The notes beneath the pieces are model-generated. The model had not been told where the DNA came from, searched no databases, and saw only the letters and a list, made by a program, of their open reading frames with translations. A program made the position numbers and the translations under genes. 64,000 nt of DNA, from sequence record LC647030.1; one strand, given 5' to 3'. This DNA is from Staphylococcus phage vB_SsapH-Golestan-100. Shown here in pieces: positions 9,136 through 18,309 of this stretch. The number at the start of each line of letters is the position of its first letter. Within the stretch, counting starts at the first letter, position 1.

Positions 9136-10538
9136 TGAAACTATATTTAAACAGTAATATCGCAGAAGGAACACCTGAAGAGTTAGTAACTTATAAAGAA
9201 CTATTAAAGGAGAGAGGCCTAGACTCTGAGAAGTCATTGTTCCACTTTGGACATATGCATCAACCAACTGAAGAGGAAGCGGATGAACAAGAAGTAGATA
9301 ATTCTGTATATGATAAAGGAGCTTTCTATACAGTAACTGAGGAGGCTGAGGACTCACCATTACCTGTAGGGGCTATTCTCCAACATCTACACGGTAGAAT
9401 ATTCAGTGACTCTAAAGGACAACAATGTATCATCTCTAGACCATCTTTTGTAGATAGAGGTAATACACATTGGTTTGATGATAGTATTAACCAAGACCGT
9501 TTTGAACTAGCTAAACAATTAGGTATCCAACTAACGGACACTACAGACCTAGCACAAGCAACTGAAGGTAAGTACTTCAAAGTAACAGAAGAGCACTCAG
9601 ACTTAAGTGTAGGAGACCTTGTTACGATTGCTGAGGATGATAGAGATAACCTACCTCAGTGTAAGGATAAGCATGGTAACTTCTATTATGTATACCTAGG
9701 TGACCTAGAGCTAGTAGAAGATAACTCAGAATCAACTCTAAGCTCTACAGATGAAGCGGAAACCCCTTCTACAGAACTTAAAGTAGGAGATAGAGTAAAA
9801 GTATTAAAGAGTGAAGGAGGAGCTGTAGGAGAGGCTACTGTAACTGCTGTACTAGAAGATGGTGATGTAAGATTAGAAGGCAAGAGTGATAGTGGTGTGT
9901 ACTCATATAGATGGAGTAACAATATTTCAAACTTAGAGAAGGTTAAAGAAAAACCTGCATCCTTTGGGGCAATACAAGCTAAAGCCTACTTAGAGGATAA
10001 GTCAATAGACCAAGTAATTGAAGAAGTACAAAGCAAACACAAGCAAGAGTCTGATAATGCAAGAGTAGAGGAAGAAATCTATGCCTATTATGAAGTTGTA
10101 GACCCTGATGTATTTGCTAGTAGTGTAGAGAAAGGGACTGTATTCAAGGTGATAGGAAATACTTATACTCTACTAAACCAAGAAGGTAAGGACAGAGAAT
10201 ATATTAACGTAGTTACTTCTACAGGATTGACTCAAACAAGCCCTCTGAGAGATAGTGTGATTAAACCTATCATTAATGATTCATTCATTGCAGAACGCTT
10301 CAAGTTTGCTAAAGAAGTAGGCATTGTGCTTGCAGTAGATACAGACTTTGAGGAAGAGTGTAAAGACCACCACTTTAAGGTTACAGAGGAGGAACCACTC
10401 TCTAACTTTACCCCTACAGACATTCTAACTGTCCGTAGAGACGATAACACTAATGCTATTGCTTTCCAAGACCGTAATGGCAAGACACAGTATACACTAC
10501 TGGTAGATGTAAGAGAGATTGCTAGACCAAGTAAATAA
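9135..10538 (+). CDS. acidic protein, 467 aa, with an internal ~50-aa duplicated domain
   Basis: Two copies of ...GI.L..DTD....K.FKVTEE....L....D.T..DD (residues ~125-170 and ~385-430). Confidence 0.7.
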   Translation: MKLYLNSNIAEGTPEELVTYKELLKERGLDSEKSLFHFGHMHQPTEEEADEQEVDNSVYDKGAFYTVTEEAEDSPLPVGAILQHLHGRIFSDSKGQQCIISRPSFVDRGNTHWFDDSINQDRFELAKQLGIQLTDTTDLAQATEGKYFKVTEEHSDLSVGDLVTIAEDDRDNLPQCKDKHGNFYYVYLGDLELVEDNSESTLSSTDEAETPSTELKVGDRVKVLKSEGGAVGEATVTAVLEDGDVRLEGKSDSGVYSYRWSNNISNLEKVKEKPASFGAIQAKAYLEDKSIDQVIEEVQSKHKQESDNARVEEEIYAYYEVVDPDVFASSVEKGTVFKVIGNTYTLLNQEGKDREYINVVTSTGLTQTSPLRDSVIKPIINDSFIAERFKFAKEVGIVLAVDTDFEEECKDHHFKVTEEEPLSNFTPTDILTVRRDDNTNAIAFQDRNGKTQYTLLVDVREIARPSK

Positions 10539-10548
10539 ATAACCATCG

Positions 10549-10584
10549 ACCGCTTCTAGATAGATAAAGAAGCGGTTCTTTTAT
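10549..10584 (+). terminator. rho-independent terminator (accgcttc / gaagcggt stem)
   Basis: 8-bp stem, 12-nt loop, T-rich tail. Confidence 0.6.
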
Positions 10585-10693
10585 GTTTGAGTAACATAAT
10601 TTAAGATGCTGTCATACCAAGGTTTAAGTAAGGTTATTACAAGGCTTAAGTAAGAAAAAATAGAGTAAATCCTATATTTGAGTAACAAAGTGT

Positions 10694-10722
10694 TTGACAG
10701 CCCCTCTATTATATGTTATCAT
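10694..10722 (+). promoter_or_regulatory. promoter (TTGACA-17-TATCAT)
   Basis: TTGACA 10694-10699. Confidence 0.45.
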
Positions 10723-10752
10723 TAGGTATAGTCAATTAGAGGAGGAATTAAT

Positions 10753-11091
10753 ATGAGAATGGTTAGTATATATGAGTATTTCAAAGACAAGGAAGGACAA
10801 CGGTTGAGTGTAGGAGATAATAAAGAGGTACTGTTCAACTCAGTACGTTACCACGGTTCTGAAGAGGAGTTGGCTTTATACTTTAAGTATAAGGAGTACC
10901 CAATAGCAATAAGAGTAGATAAACCTCAAGCAGATTTAAGATTACGATTAAACAAGAAGATAACAGGGCTACAAAAGGATACCTTTACCCCTGTAGAGAA
11001 CCTAGACTCAACCTTATTAACCTATCTAGGTAAGTTTGCAGAAGAGATGGAAGAAAAAGTAGAGTATAAACTATTTGATTGGAGGAATTAA
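10753..11091 (+). CDS. hypothetical protein, 112 aa
   Basis: TAGAGGAGGAATTAAT RBS. Confidence 0.65.
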   Translation: MRMVSIYEYFKDKEGQRLSVGDNKEVLFNSVRYHGSEEELALYFKYKEYPIAIRVDKPQADLRLRLNKKITGLQKDTFTPVENLDSTLLTYLGKFAEEMEEKVEYKLFDWRN

Positions 11092-11092
11092 T

Positions 11093-11194
11093 ATGGTTAC
11101 AGTAGGAGCGTTATTTACAGGATTCTTTGTAGTCCTTGTAATAGGTATAATGATAGCAGGACTCGTTACACTAGTAATAGATAACAAGAAGTAA
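11093..11194 (+). CDS. 33-aa hydrophobic peptide (not in the ORF track)
   Basis: GGAGGAATTA RBS then ATG; MVTVGALFTGFFVVLVIGIMIAGLVTLVIDNKK; TAATATG overlap with the upstream gene. Confidence 0.45.
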   Translation: MVTVGALFTGFFVVLVIGIMIAGLVTLVIDNKK

Positions 11195-11217
11195 ATAAGA
11201 GAAGCGGAGGAGATATA

Positions 11218-11445
11218 ATGAGTTTAGTAACAGTAATAGTATTAACTGTAGTCATAGCCATGTTGTTAGGCTTAATAGCAAGTAAACTAATATTGTGGTT
11301 TGTAGATGCTTGTCAAAGGGATGAGAACAATATAACAGAGATTAGAGTAGTATTAACCCTATTAATAGTCAGCTTAGGAGTAGACCTAGCCTTTGCTGTT
11401 GATGGAGCAGTAAGAATACAAAATAGAATCCTATACTTTTTGTAG
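11218..11445 (+). CDS. small membrane protein, 75 aa
   Basis: GGAGGAGATATA RBS; two TM helices. Confidence 0.6.
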   Translation: MSLVTVIVLTVVIAMLLGLIASKLILWFVDACQRDENNITEIRVVLTLLIVSLGVDLAFAVDGAVRIQNRILYFL

Positions 11446-11454
11446 ATAGAAGCG

Positions 11455-11479
11455 GAGACCTTTACGGTCTCTTTTTTTT
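11455..11479 (+). terminator. rho-independent terminator
   Basis: gagacc-tttac-ggtctc followed by T8. Confidence 0.65.
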
Positions 11480-11519
11480 GTCTATAATAGCTTGACAAAT
11501 AGGGTGAAGTATGCTTTAT

Positions 11520-11850
11520 TGACAAAGGCGTAATAGTGTGGTAGTGGAGGGTAGAGGTTGAATAGTAGTGACATGGAGGCTGATAGATAGAGTCGAAGTC
11601 GGTTAGCGTGCTTGGGGCTTCCTCTATTCTTTTACCATTTGTTTATTTCCTTCCTCTACTATTCCTCCCTTTGATTGGCTGATTAATTGTTTGGTTGTTT
11701 CTCTATTACTCTTCCCTTCCTTACTCCCTATGCTATTGTCCCTCTATTGTTTTCCTACTCCTCCATTACTCTACTCCTATATAATAAAAGGCAATAGAGC
11801 TATTACCCTACTGCCTTTATACTTACTATTGTTATTACTATTATTATACT
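11520..11850. repeat. noncoding strand-asymmetric region (G/A-rich head, then a CT-rich body with degenerate CCTCTATTNNT direct repeats)
   Basis: cctctattct, cctctactatt, ctctattact, cctctattgt, ctccattact, ctactcctat; sits at the convergence of the + and - gene blocks. Confidence 0.4.
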
Positions 11851-12843
11851 CTACATGTTAAGTAACTTACGAGCCCAATCAGGAGAATTATCACAAAACG
11901 CTTTAACTTCTTCTATGTTATTTATAACCCCTTTTTGAATCTTGTAGATATACACAAAGTATTTAGTTATGAAAGCTTGGAAAGGTTCATACCTATTACC
12001 CTCTATAAACTCATACTGCATCTCTTCTGATAATAAATTTATCTCTGTAAAGAATGTATTATACATAGTATCAAATAAGCAAGGTATATCCTTACTATAC
12101 TCACTTAGTAATAGTATTCTTTCCTCATGACTTAGCGATACATCAAAATCAATAATACTTTTAATAGTTTTAGGTAATGAGTCGTAGTCTAGTAGTATAG
12201 ATAATAGTTCTTTCTTATTAAATATAAGGTTGAGTTTCTTGTATGCGACTATAAAGTCTTCTTTGACTACCTTTTTATCTACTAAGTCTTGTAATTTACT
12301 GTAATAGTTTTTAATTTGTTTATTCATATTAACCTTAGTAAATGCTGTCTCTAGATTATAAAATTCTTGTATAGAACTACTCTCTATATTAACACCTAAC
12401 TTATGTTTAAGCCATTTTGATTCTAGCTCAGATAGTCTACGTTCATAGATAGATTCATCTTTTGTTTCTATATGGTCTCCATGTATAGAGTCATAGTATA
12501 CAGCATCAATTATATAAGTATCAGCATTATCAAATCCGTATTTATCTAAGGCTTTTTTAAGTAGTTTACCACTACCCTTATACTTTGAATCGGGCTTTCC
12601 TTTATGTTTCCCTATATATGCTCTACCTGATTGTTTAAACACTGTTATATAGACATAACCATACATATGTTCTGAAAGTTTTTCAGACTGACCTCTTACG
12701 CTATGACCAAAAGTAAAAACATAGCTATAATGTTTTAATCTTCCTTTTCTACATTCTGATTGTACAATGTTATTTCTAACGTCTCTTACTTGAATTTCAC
12801 CTAAACCTTCTTGGTATACAAAATTATTTATTTTTTCTGTCAT
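11851..12843 (-). CDS. GIY-YIG family homing endonuclease (free-standing)
   Basis: GYVYITVF...YIGKHKG...GSGKLL motifs; start placed at MTEKINN (AAGGAG RBS); a 17-bp palindrome atatactactagtatat lies just upstream. Confidence 0.8.
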   Translation of the reverse strand: MTEKINNFVYQEGLGEIQVRDVRNNIVQSECRKGRLKHYSYVFTFGHSVRGQSEKLSEHMYGYVYITVFKQSGRAYIGKHKGKPDSKYKGSGKLLKKALDKYGFDNADTYIIDAVYYDSIHGDHIETKDESIYERRLSELESKWLKHKLGVNIESSSIQEFYNLETAFTKVNMNKQIKNYYSKLQDLVDKKVVKEDFIVAYKKLNLIFNKKELLSILLDYDSLPKTIKSIIDFDVSLSHEERILLLSEYSKDIPCLFDTMYNTFFTEINLLSEEMQYEFIEGNRYEPFQAFITKYFVYIYKIQKGVINNIEEVKAFCDNSPDWARKLLNM

Positions 12844-12933
12844 ATCTTTCATCTCCTTATTTGATATACTACTAGTATATAATAAAACTCTATCCAAGTC
12901 AATAGATAGAGTTAAAATAGTTATTTTGTTTTC

Positions 12934-13299
12934 TTACTTGTTATCCCACTCAAAGTCTAGTTCTAAGTCATTTATCTCTCCTGAGTTAACTTTCTCTATA
13001 AACCCTTCTAACTGGTGTTTAATAGCTGTACTGAAAGTAGATATAGGTACTACAATAACCATAGAGGCCTGAACTTTTTTATCTATTAAGAATTTTAAAC
13101 AATTATCATCTTCAGTACCTTTTATAGTTATTCTTAAATCCATGCCTTTATAGCTGAACACTAAGTATAAGCTCTCATCACTACTTAAATTTCTATGGCT
13201 TACATAGGATAGATATACCTCATAACTACCTACTTTTAATCTCATGTTTTCTCTTTCTTGAAAATAGTCACTGAGCTTACTTATGTTATAATTATCCAT
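12934..13299 (-). CDS. hypothetical protein (~121 aa; start at MDNYNIS)
   Basis: AAGGAGGAG RBS before the internal ATG. Confidence 0.55.
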   Translation of the reverse strand: MDNYNISKLSDYFQERENMRLKVGSYEVYLSYVSHRNLSSDESLYLVFSYKGMDLRITIKGTEDDNCLKFLIDKKVQASMVIVVPISTFSTAIKHQLEGFIEKVNSGEINDLELDFEWDNK

Positions 13300-13316
13300 A
13301 TTCTCCTCCTTATTAT

Positions 13317-13511
13317 TTACCATCGTTCAATAGATACAATATGTTTGGTGTCAATAATAACCTTTTTATCTTTACCCCATTTAGTTACTTCTATATAATC
13401 ATTACCCATAACATCTCTGTATACAGAACCTAACGCTTTGTAACTATTATAATAGGTGTATTTTCTATCATCAACAGTTCTTACTGTGTAGTTATATTTT
13501 CTACTTATCAT
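13317..13511 (-). CDS. hypothetical protein, 64 aa
   Basis: GAGGAGGAActatAATG start context. Confidence 0.55.
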   Translation of the reverse strand: MISRKYNYTVRTVDDRKYTYYNSYKALGSVYRDVMGNDYIEVTKWGKDKKVIIDTKHIVSIERW

Positions 13512-13711
13512 TATAGTTCCTCCTCATCAAACCACATTTCTAATACAGTGTCTGTTTCTGTATCTATATATAAATTTAACTCCCCGTGCATATAATGACT
13601 AATTACATCAGAGTCTGAGAACCCTACTTCATGACCGTCCCAATCTGACAACCAATGTAATCTATGATAATCTAAATTTTCTAGTGTTATTCCTTGTTCA
13701 GTATTTAACAT
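13511..13711 (-). CDS. hypothetical acidic protein, 66 aa
   Basis: AAGGAGAG RBS. Confidence 0.55.
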   Translation of the reverse strand: MLNTEQGITLENLDYHRLHWLSDWDGHEVGFSDSDVISHYMHGELNLYIDTETDTVLEMWFDEEEL

Positions 13712-13757
13712 TCTTTGACTCTCCTTCCAAGTTAAAAGTTAGTTTCAATTTCTACTA

Positions 13758-14111
13758 TTACCAACTAATATGAATAATAGGAACTAAAGTACTATCTGTA
13801 TAGCCACAGTTAAAGTAATCCTTAGCTATACCCTTCTCTGACCATCTAGGTTTCCTAACTTGTGTCTGTACTTTAAATCCTAACCTCTTATAGTGAAGCC
13901 CAATCTCTTTTAAGTACTCTAGCTTAGATAAAGAAAACTCCGTAGGATAATCTGTTCTTAGGTTCACAACAATATAGTCCTTACCTAAGCTACTACTGTT
14001 ATTAATTAAGTAGTCTATCTTGTTATAGATATATGTTAAATGTTGTTCCTTAGTTATTACTTTAGAATCCTTATGCTGTTTTACTTGTTTACGTGCTTTC
14101 TTAGCGTTCAT
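13758..14111 (-). CDS. hypothetical basic protein, 117 aa
   Basis: AAGGAGGAAtaaggATG. Confidence 0.6.
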   Translation of the reverse strand: MNAKKARKQVKQHKDSKVITKEQHLTYIYNKIDYLINNSSSLGKDYIVVNLRTDYPTEFSLSKLEYLKEIGLHYKRLGFKVQTQVRKPRWSEKGIAKDYFNCGYTDSTLVPIIHISW

Positions 14112-14113
14112 CC

Positions 14114-14341
14114 TTATTCCTCCTTATAAATTTTATTTTTAAAAAAGCCTACTACATCCTCAACATCGAGTACAGATAGAAATGATTTATTTCCTGTAAT
14201 TCTAAAGCCACTGTCTACGATTCTATTTGCAATGTAATAACCCTCAACCTTTAGTGATGCATATTTATTATCTATGTCTCCTAAAAATTCTACTTGAAAT
14301 CCTAACTGATTTAATTGAACATAAATGTCTGACAAGCTCAT
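14114..14341 (-). CDS. hypothetical protein (~75 aa; start at MSLSDIY)
   Basis: AAGGAGGAAttatAATG; TAATG overlap with the upstream gene. Confidence 0.55.
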   Translation of the reverse strand: MSLSDIYVQLNQLGFQVEFLGDIDNKYASLKVEGYYIANRIVDSGFRITGNKSFLSVLDVEDVVGFFKNKIYKEE

Positions 14342-14547
14342 TATAATTCCTCCTTCTCTTTCCTGATTGCACTTAGTAGCCAATCAAGATACTTCTCACG
14401 TTGAATCTCTTCTATCTTGCTTTCAAACTTATCACGTTCTAGTCCTTGGTTTATTATTCTAGAAGCTACTGCTAATCTCTTTGACTCTTCACTTAGATTA
14501 TCCTTGTAACTGTAAGTAACTAGTGCTTTATCTAAATCTAGTTCCAT
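14341..14547 (-). CDS. hypothetical protein, 68 aa
   Basis: ORF with RBS. Confidence 0.55.
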   Translation of the reverse strand: MELDLDKALVTYSYKDNLSEESKRLAVASRIINQGLERDKFESKIEEIQREKYLDWLLSAIRKEKEEL

Positions 14548-14565
14548 ACTATCTCCTCCTTAGTC

Positions 14566-15003
14566 CTATTTTAATCTACCTTGCTCTAAACTTACATTAG
14601 TATAGTTATTTTTTAAATCTTCGAGAGTCATTCTTTTAGATAAACTATAATTCTCATCTAGTAGTCTATAAACTTGATATTCATTTCTTTCTGCATAGTA
14701 ACTACTCTCTTCTACTACTAAAGTAAACCATTCTCCATATGCTTCGATGTCATCTCCAGGTAGCCAATCATTTTCTGTGAGTAGTTCTAAAACTTTAATT
14801 AGCATGTCATTATCCGACCAATGCCTTCTACCACCTGTTTCATTTTCTTGACGAGTGATATAACTATCATAACCTATGCAAACCTTAACCTTATTGTTAA
14901 TACCTACTGCTTCTTCATATAAATCTACGTGATTTAGTTCGATACCTTTTTCACTCATAGCTTTTACAATTAAACTTAATAATTCTGTTGTGTTATCTAC
15001 CAT
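14566..15003 (-). CDS. hypothetical protein, 145 aa
   Basis: AAGGAGGAActatAATG. Confidence 0.6.
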   Translation of the reverse strand: MVDNTTELLSLIVKAMSEKGIELNHVDLYEEAVGINNKVKVCIGYDSYITRQENETGGRRHWSDNDMLIKVLELLTENDWLPGDDIEAYGEWFTLVVEESSYYAERNEYQVYRLLDENYSLSKRMTLEDLKNNYTNVSLEQGRLK

Positions 15004-15015
15004 TATAGTTCCTCC

Positions 15016-15213
15016 TTATTTATCTGCTACATATTCATAGAACCCGACTTCTTCTCTGAGCTTAGCTTCTGATAGTGATTTAGTATGCTCTCTAGAAACA
15101 TCTTCTCCTTCTACCCATTTTACAAGCTCAATAAGTGCTTCTTCTAAATACGCTCTAGGACAATCTTCATTCTCCCAGTAGTTAACTCCTTCTTTTTCCC
15201 AACTATTACTCAT
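15016..15213 (-). CDS. hypothetical protein, 65 aa
   Basis: GAGGAGGAGctatAATG. Confidence 0.55.
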   Translation of the reverse strand: MSNSWEKEGVNYWENEDCPRAYLEEALIELVKWVEGEDVSREHTKSLSEAKLREEVGFYEYVADK

Positions 15214-15476
15214 TATAGCTCCTCCTCTATTAGTTCGTAAGTTTTATGAAAAATGTCATAATCACAAGCATAAAATTCTCCTTCAACACCCTTTATGACA
15301 TAGCTGTCTTTAGGTACTACCATAGTACCTTCTAGTGTATTTACAACAAGTATATAAGTATCACTTGATTCATAAGCTAAGTGTACTGTACCACCACTCC
15401 AATCATATAACTCTTGTTTATTATCTCCTTTATATTGCATAACCTCTACTTCTACTGGTTTCTTTCTAGCTAACAT
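15213..15476 (-). CDS. hypothetical protein, 87 aa
   Basis: GAGGAGGtttatAATG. Confidence 0.6.
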   Translation of the reverse strand: MLARKKPVEVEVMQYKGDNKQELYDWSGGTVHLAYESSDTYILVVNTLEGTMVVPKDSYVIKGVEGEFYACDYDIFHKTYELIEEEL

Positions 15477-15506
15477 TATAAACCTCCTCTATTAGTTGTT
15501 AATATG

Positions 15507-15544
15507 ATTATATAATAAAAAACTACCTATGTCAATAGGTAGTT
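15507..15544 (-). promoter_or_regulatory. composite intrinsic terminator plus promoter on the minus strand (-35 TTGACA inside the hairpin)
   Basis: 10-bp stem aactacctat / ataggtagtt; minus strand reads TTGACA-taggtagttttttatta-TATAAT, so the U-tract of the terminator forms the spacer. Confidence 0.55.
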
Positions 15545-15552
15545 TTAGCTTA

Positions 15553-17238
15553 CTAATACTGTATTTCTTTCCCAGCAATAAGTTTATTTTGATATTGTCC
15601 TTGACGGATGTAGATAGTGCTTTCAGGTGCTCCTGAACTTATACTGAATTCACTACCAAACCCTGCGCAATTGTCTAACCACATATTACTTCCTGAAGAT
15701 GTTTGGAAATCTTTTCCTTGGTAGCTCTCAAAGCCTATACATCCTAGATTCCAAGAGTTAGTACCCTGATTAACATCAGCTATATTTCCTCCATCATTTC
15801 TACCGTAAGTACCGTTAACCCGTATGACAGTTAATCCATCATGAACAGTAGAGCCATTATTAGATTTAGCACCTGCTGTACCTTTTTCAAATCCATTATC
15901 TAAACCTATACAATCTATCTCAGTTATAATAGGTTTAGAAGAATCCGCACCTATATGATAGTTAAACCCGTCCATATAGTTATTAGATGCTGTTGATTTA
16001 CTTACTACTACTTCTTTACCTCCAATAACCTCAAGACCATTACCATTAGTTTGAGAAGAGAAGTTTAAAATACAATTATTAACATATAGATTATTGTTTT
16101 TGTTTAGCTCAAATCTAGCTGGTCTAGCTCCCCCATATATGTTTAGTTTTTCTATATAGAAATTATTTGGTACATTAGTAGCTAACAAGTTCTGAGAAGC
16201 TAACAATGGTATAACCATATTATTAGGAGTTTTAGAATTAAAGTTAACAAAAACTTTTGTTCCGTCAGAAAACCAAGAAAAAGGAGTCTCCTCTACCATA
16301 GCTAAGGAGCTAACATTTACAAATTCATTATAGATGTTGTTACTTGCCTCACTAAAGTCTACGACTCTCTTAACTGCTGACCTTGTAAACTCATAAGTGT
16401 TATTCTTACCATAGGACTTAACCCATGTCGGCTCATCTGCCATGAATAGATTAACATTAGAGCCTAGGCCTATTATGTTTATACTCATATTGTTTATTGG
16501 TAATAAAAGAACACCGTTAGTTCTAAAGTAGTTACCCTCGTTAATATAAAGAGTATCACCAGTACTTAATACTGATTGAGCTTTTTTTAATGTTTTAAAA
16601 GAGCTATTTTGAGTTGAGCCATCGTTACTATCATTACCATTAGTACCATCTACATAAACCTCTTTACCGCCTGTAACTTTATTATCTTCTATGTTGTATT
16701 TCACACCAAAGGTACCTCTAGCATCAGTCATTATTCTACCTTTTAAAGGGTATTCTTTTACAGGAAAATCTAAAGGAGTGTTTACAGTAATAGGTAACTT
16801 AGGAGCAAAGTTACCATCAAGCCCTGGTATACCTTGAGCACCTTGTTCCCCTTTTAACTCTTGTTTGTCAGCCTCTGTTAAATCATTAAAAGTTAACTTA
16901 TCACCTTTAGCACCTCCTATAGACTCTAACCACTCTTCAGGTGTACCAGTAAACCCATTATCTACTGCTATATCATAAGCAGATTTAGGCTTAACTAGTA
17001 AGTGGTCTTTGAAGTAGAAAGAAATCTCTTTATAAGAAGATTCTAGTGTTGTAAACTCAGGTACTACGACCTTCTCTGATTCATAGTTGTCTCCCATCCA
17101 AGCTATATAAAACTCCCCTTGAGGGTATGTAGTATTTGGAGCCAGGTTAGCTATAATAACGGAGCCTTGGTCACCTTCTATATTATAGCCTTTTGCTAAT
17201 AAATTACCTTCCTTATCATAAGCTTCTAAATGTGGCAT
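15553..17238 (-). CDS. adhesin/receptor-binding-like protein (FN3-like N-domain, short collagen-like GXY run, right-handed beta-helix-like body)
   Basis: N-terminus homologous to 6967/7508 products; GEQGAQGIPGLDG; repetitive N/G/I-rich beta-helix-like segment NNLYVNNCILNFSSQTNGNGLEVIGG. Confidence 0.7.
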   Translation of the reverse strand: MPHLEAYDKEGNLLAKGYNIEGDQGSVIIANLAPNTTYPQGEFYIAWMGDNYESEKVVVPEFTTLESSYKEISFYFKDHLLVKPKSAYDIAVDNGFTGTPEEWLESIGGAKGDKLTFNDLTEADKQELKGEQGAQGIPGLDGNFAPKLPITVNTPLDFPVKEYPLKGRIMTDARGTFGVKYNIEDNKVTGGKEVYVDGTNGNDSNDGSTQNSSFKTLKKAQSVLSTGDTLYINEGNYFRTNGVLLLPINNMSINIIGLGSNVNLFMADEPTWVKSYGKNNTYEFTRSAVKRVVDFSEASNNIYNEFVNVSSLAMVEETPFSWFSDGTKVFVNFNSKTPNNMVIPLLASQNLLATNVPNNFYIEKLNIYGGARPARFELNKNNNLYVNNCILNFSSQTNGNGLEVIGGKEVVVSKSTASNNYMDGFNYHIGADSSKPIITEIDCIGLDNGFEKGTAGAKSNNGSTVHDGLTVIRVNGTYGRNDGGNIADVNQGTNSWNLGCIGFESYQGKDFQTSSGSNMWLDNCAGFGSEFSISSGAPESTIYIRQGQYQNKLIAGKEIQY

Positions 17239-17299
17239 ATTATAGTCTCCTATCTATTTGTGTATTATATGAGTAATATAACATCTTATTCACATTAGG

Positions 17300-17530
17300 T
17301 TAGACACAATCTACCATCCACTCCCAATCCCAAAAGTCTCTTATCTTATAACCATCTAACTCATGTTTATTGCCTTTTAGTATACCTGTAATAATATACC
17401 TATCATGGCCTTCTCTTACGTATTCTTCACCCAGCTCTTCTAAGAGGTCTTTTGTATGATTTTGAGTACCTGCATATATTGCTGTTTTACTATCCTCCTC
17501 AATTACATATAGAGAATAAATCTCATACAT
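17300..17530 (-). CDS. hypothetical protein, 76 aa
   Basis: GGAGGGGAtgtatAATG. Confidence 0.55.
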   Translation of the reverse strand: MYEIYSLYVIEEDSKTAIYAGTQNHTKDLLEELGEEYVREGHDRYIITGILKGNKHELDGYKIRDFWDWEWMVDCV

Positions 17531-18309
17531 TATACATCCCCTCCGATAGTTAAAGGGTAGCCATCTTGTCTAGTCAATTGCTTTTTATAGTTCTCTACTG
17601 TGTCATCTAAGTGCATAATAACTACTTCTGTATTGAATCTTTTTAAATCTTCATCTAACATGTCACATGTCCCCATAATGTTTTTATAATAGTTAGCATG
17701 TACTGGGCTTTTATTTAAAGAAACATCTAAATATAGTCCTGTTAGTCTCAACTCAGGGAATCTATCCATAAACCAAGTATAGTGACGGAACAAACTGTCA
17801 TTACCGCTTTGAAATTTTTCTGTAGTATCTCCTGAGTAAATAATCATGTCGGTATTATCTTTTATTAGAGTAATACTATACGTTTTAACTTGAGGAACAT
17901 GCTTTACTTCTTCAAAGATGACTTCTACATTACCTTTATAAATATATTGTTTACCATAAGGGACTACTTCTAAATTGAACATAGATTCTTCAATACCTGA
18001 GATTAGTAGATAGTCCAATAAATCTCTTCTCAAGGTATTATAAATCAGTATATTAACCTTAACATCTTTTGCATAATACATCCACTCAATTAACGTTCCT
18101 AAACTTCCTACATGGTCTGTATGCATGTGTGTAAGGATGATATTAACTTCTTTATACTTATCTAACCCTTTTTCTCTAAACGTGTTGAAGACTGTTGAAC
18201 CACAATCAATCATAAACACTTTATCATCCTCTATAAAATACCAACTATTATTTCCATACTCCTGTGAATTAAATGCTGACCCAAAACCTAATGATTTTAA
18301 TTTAAACAT
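17530..18309 (-). CDS. metallo-beta-lactamase-fold hydrolase (RNase Z/J-like nuclease or phosphodiesterase)
   Basis: HxHxDH motif ILTHMHTDHVGSLG. Confidence 0.8.
   Translation of the reverse strand: MFKLKSLGFGSAFNSQEYGNNSWYFIEDDKVFMIDCGSTVFNTFREKGLDKYKEVNIILTHMHTDHVGSLGTLIEWMYYAKDVKVNILIYNTLRRDLLDYLLISGIEESMFNLEVVPYGKQYIYKGNVEVIFEEVKHVPQVKTYSITLIKDNTDMIIYSGDTTEKFQSGNDSLFRHYTWFMDRFPELRLTGLYLDVSLNKSPVHANYYKNIMGTCDMLDEDLKRFNTEVVIMHLDDTVENYKKQLTRQDGYPLTIGGDV

Noticed and set aside
11446-12900. Group I intron carrying the GIY-YIG ORF
   Set aside because: No split host gene flanks it in the same orientation; the neighbours are convergent, complete small genes. The CT-rich region lacks recognisable P-element cores. 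It is treated as a free-standing homing endonuclease plus a separate repeat region.
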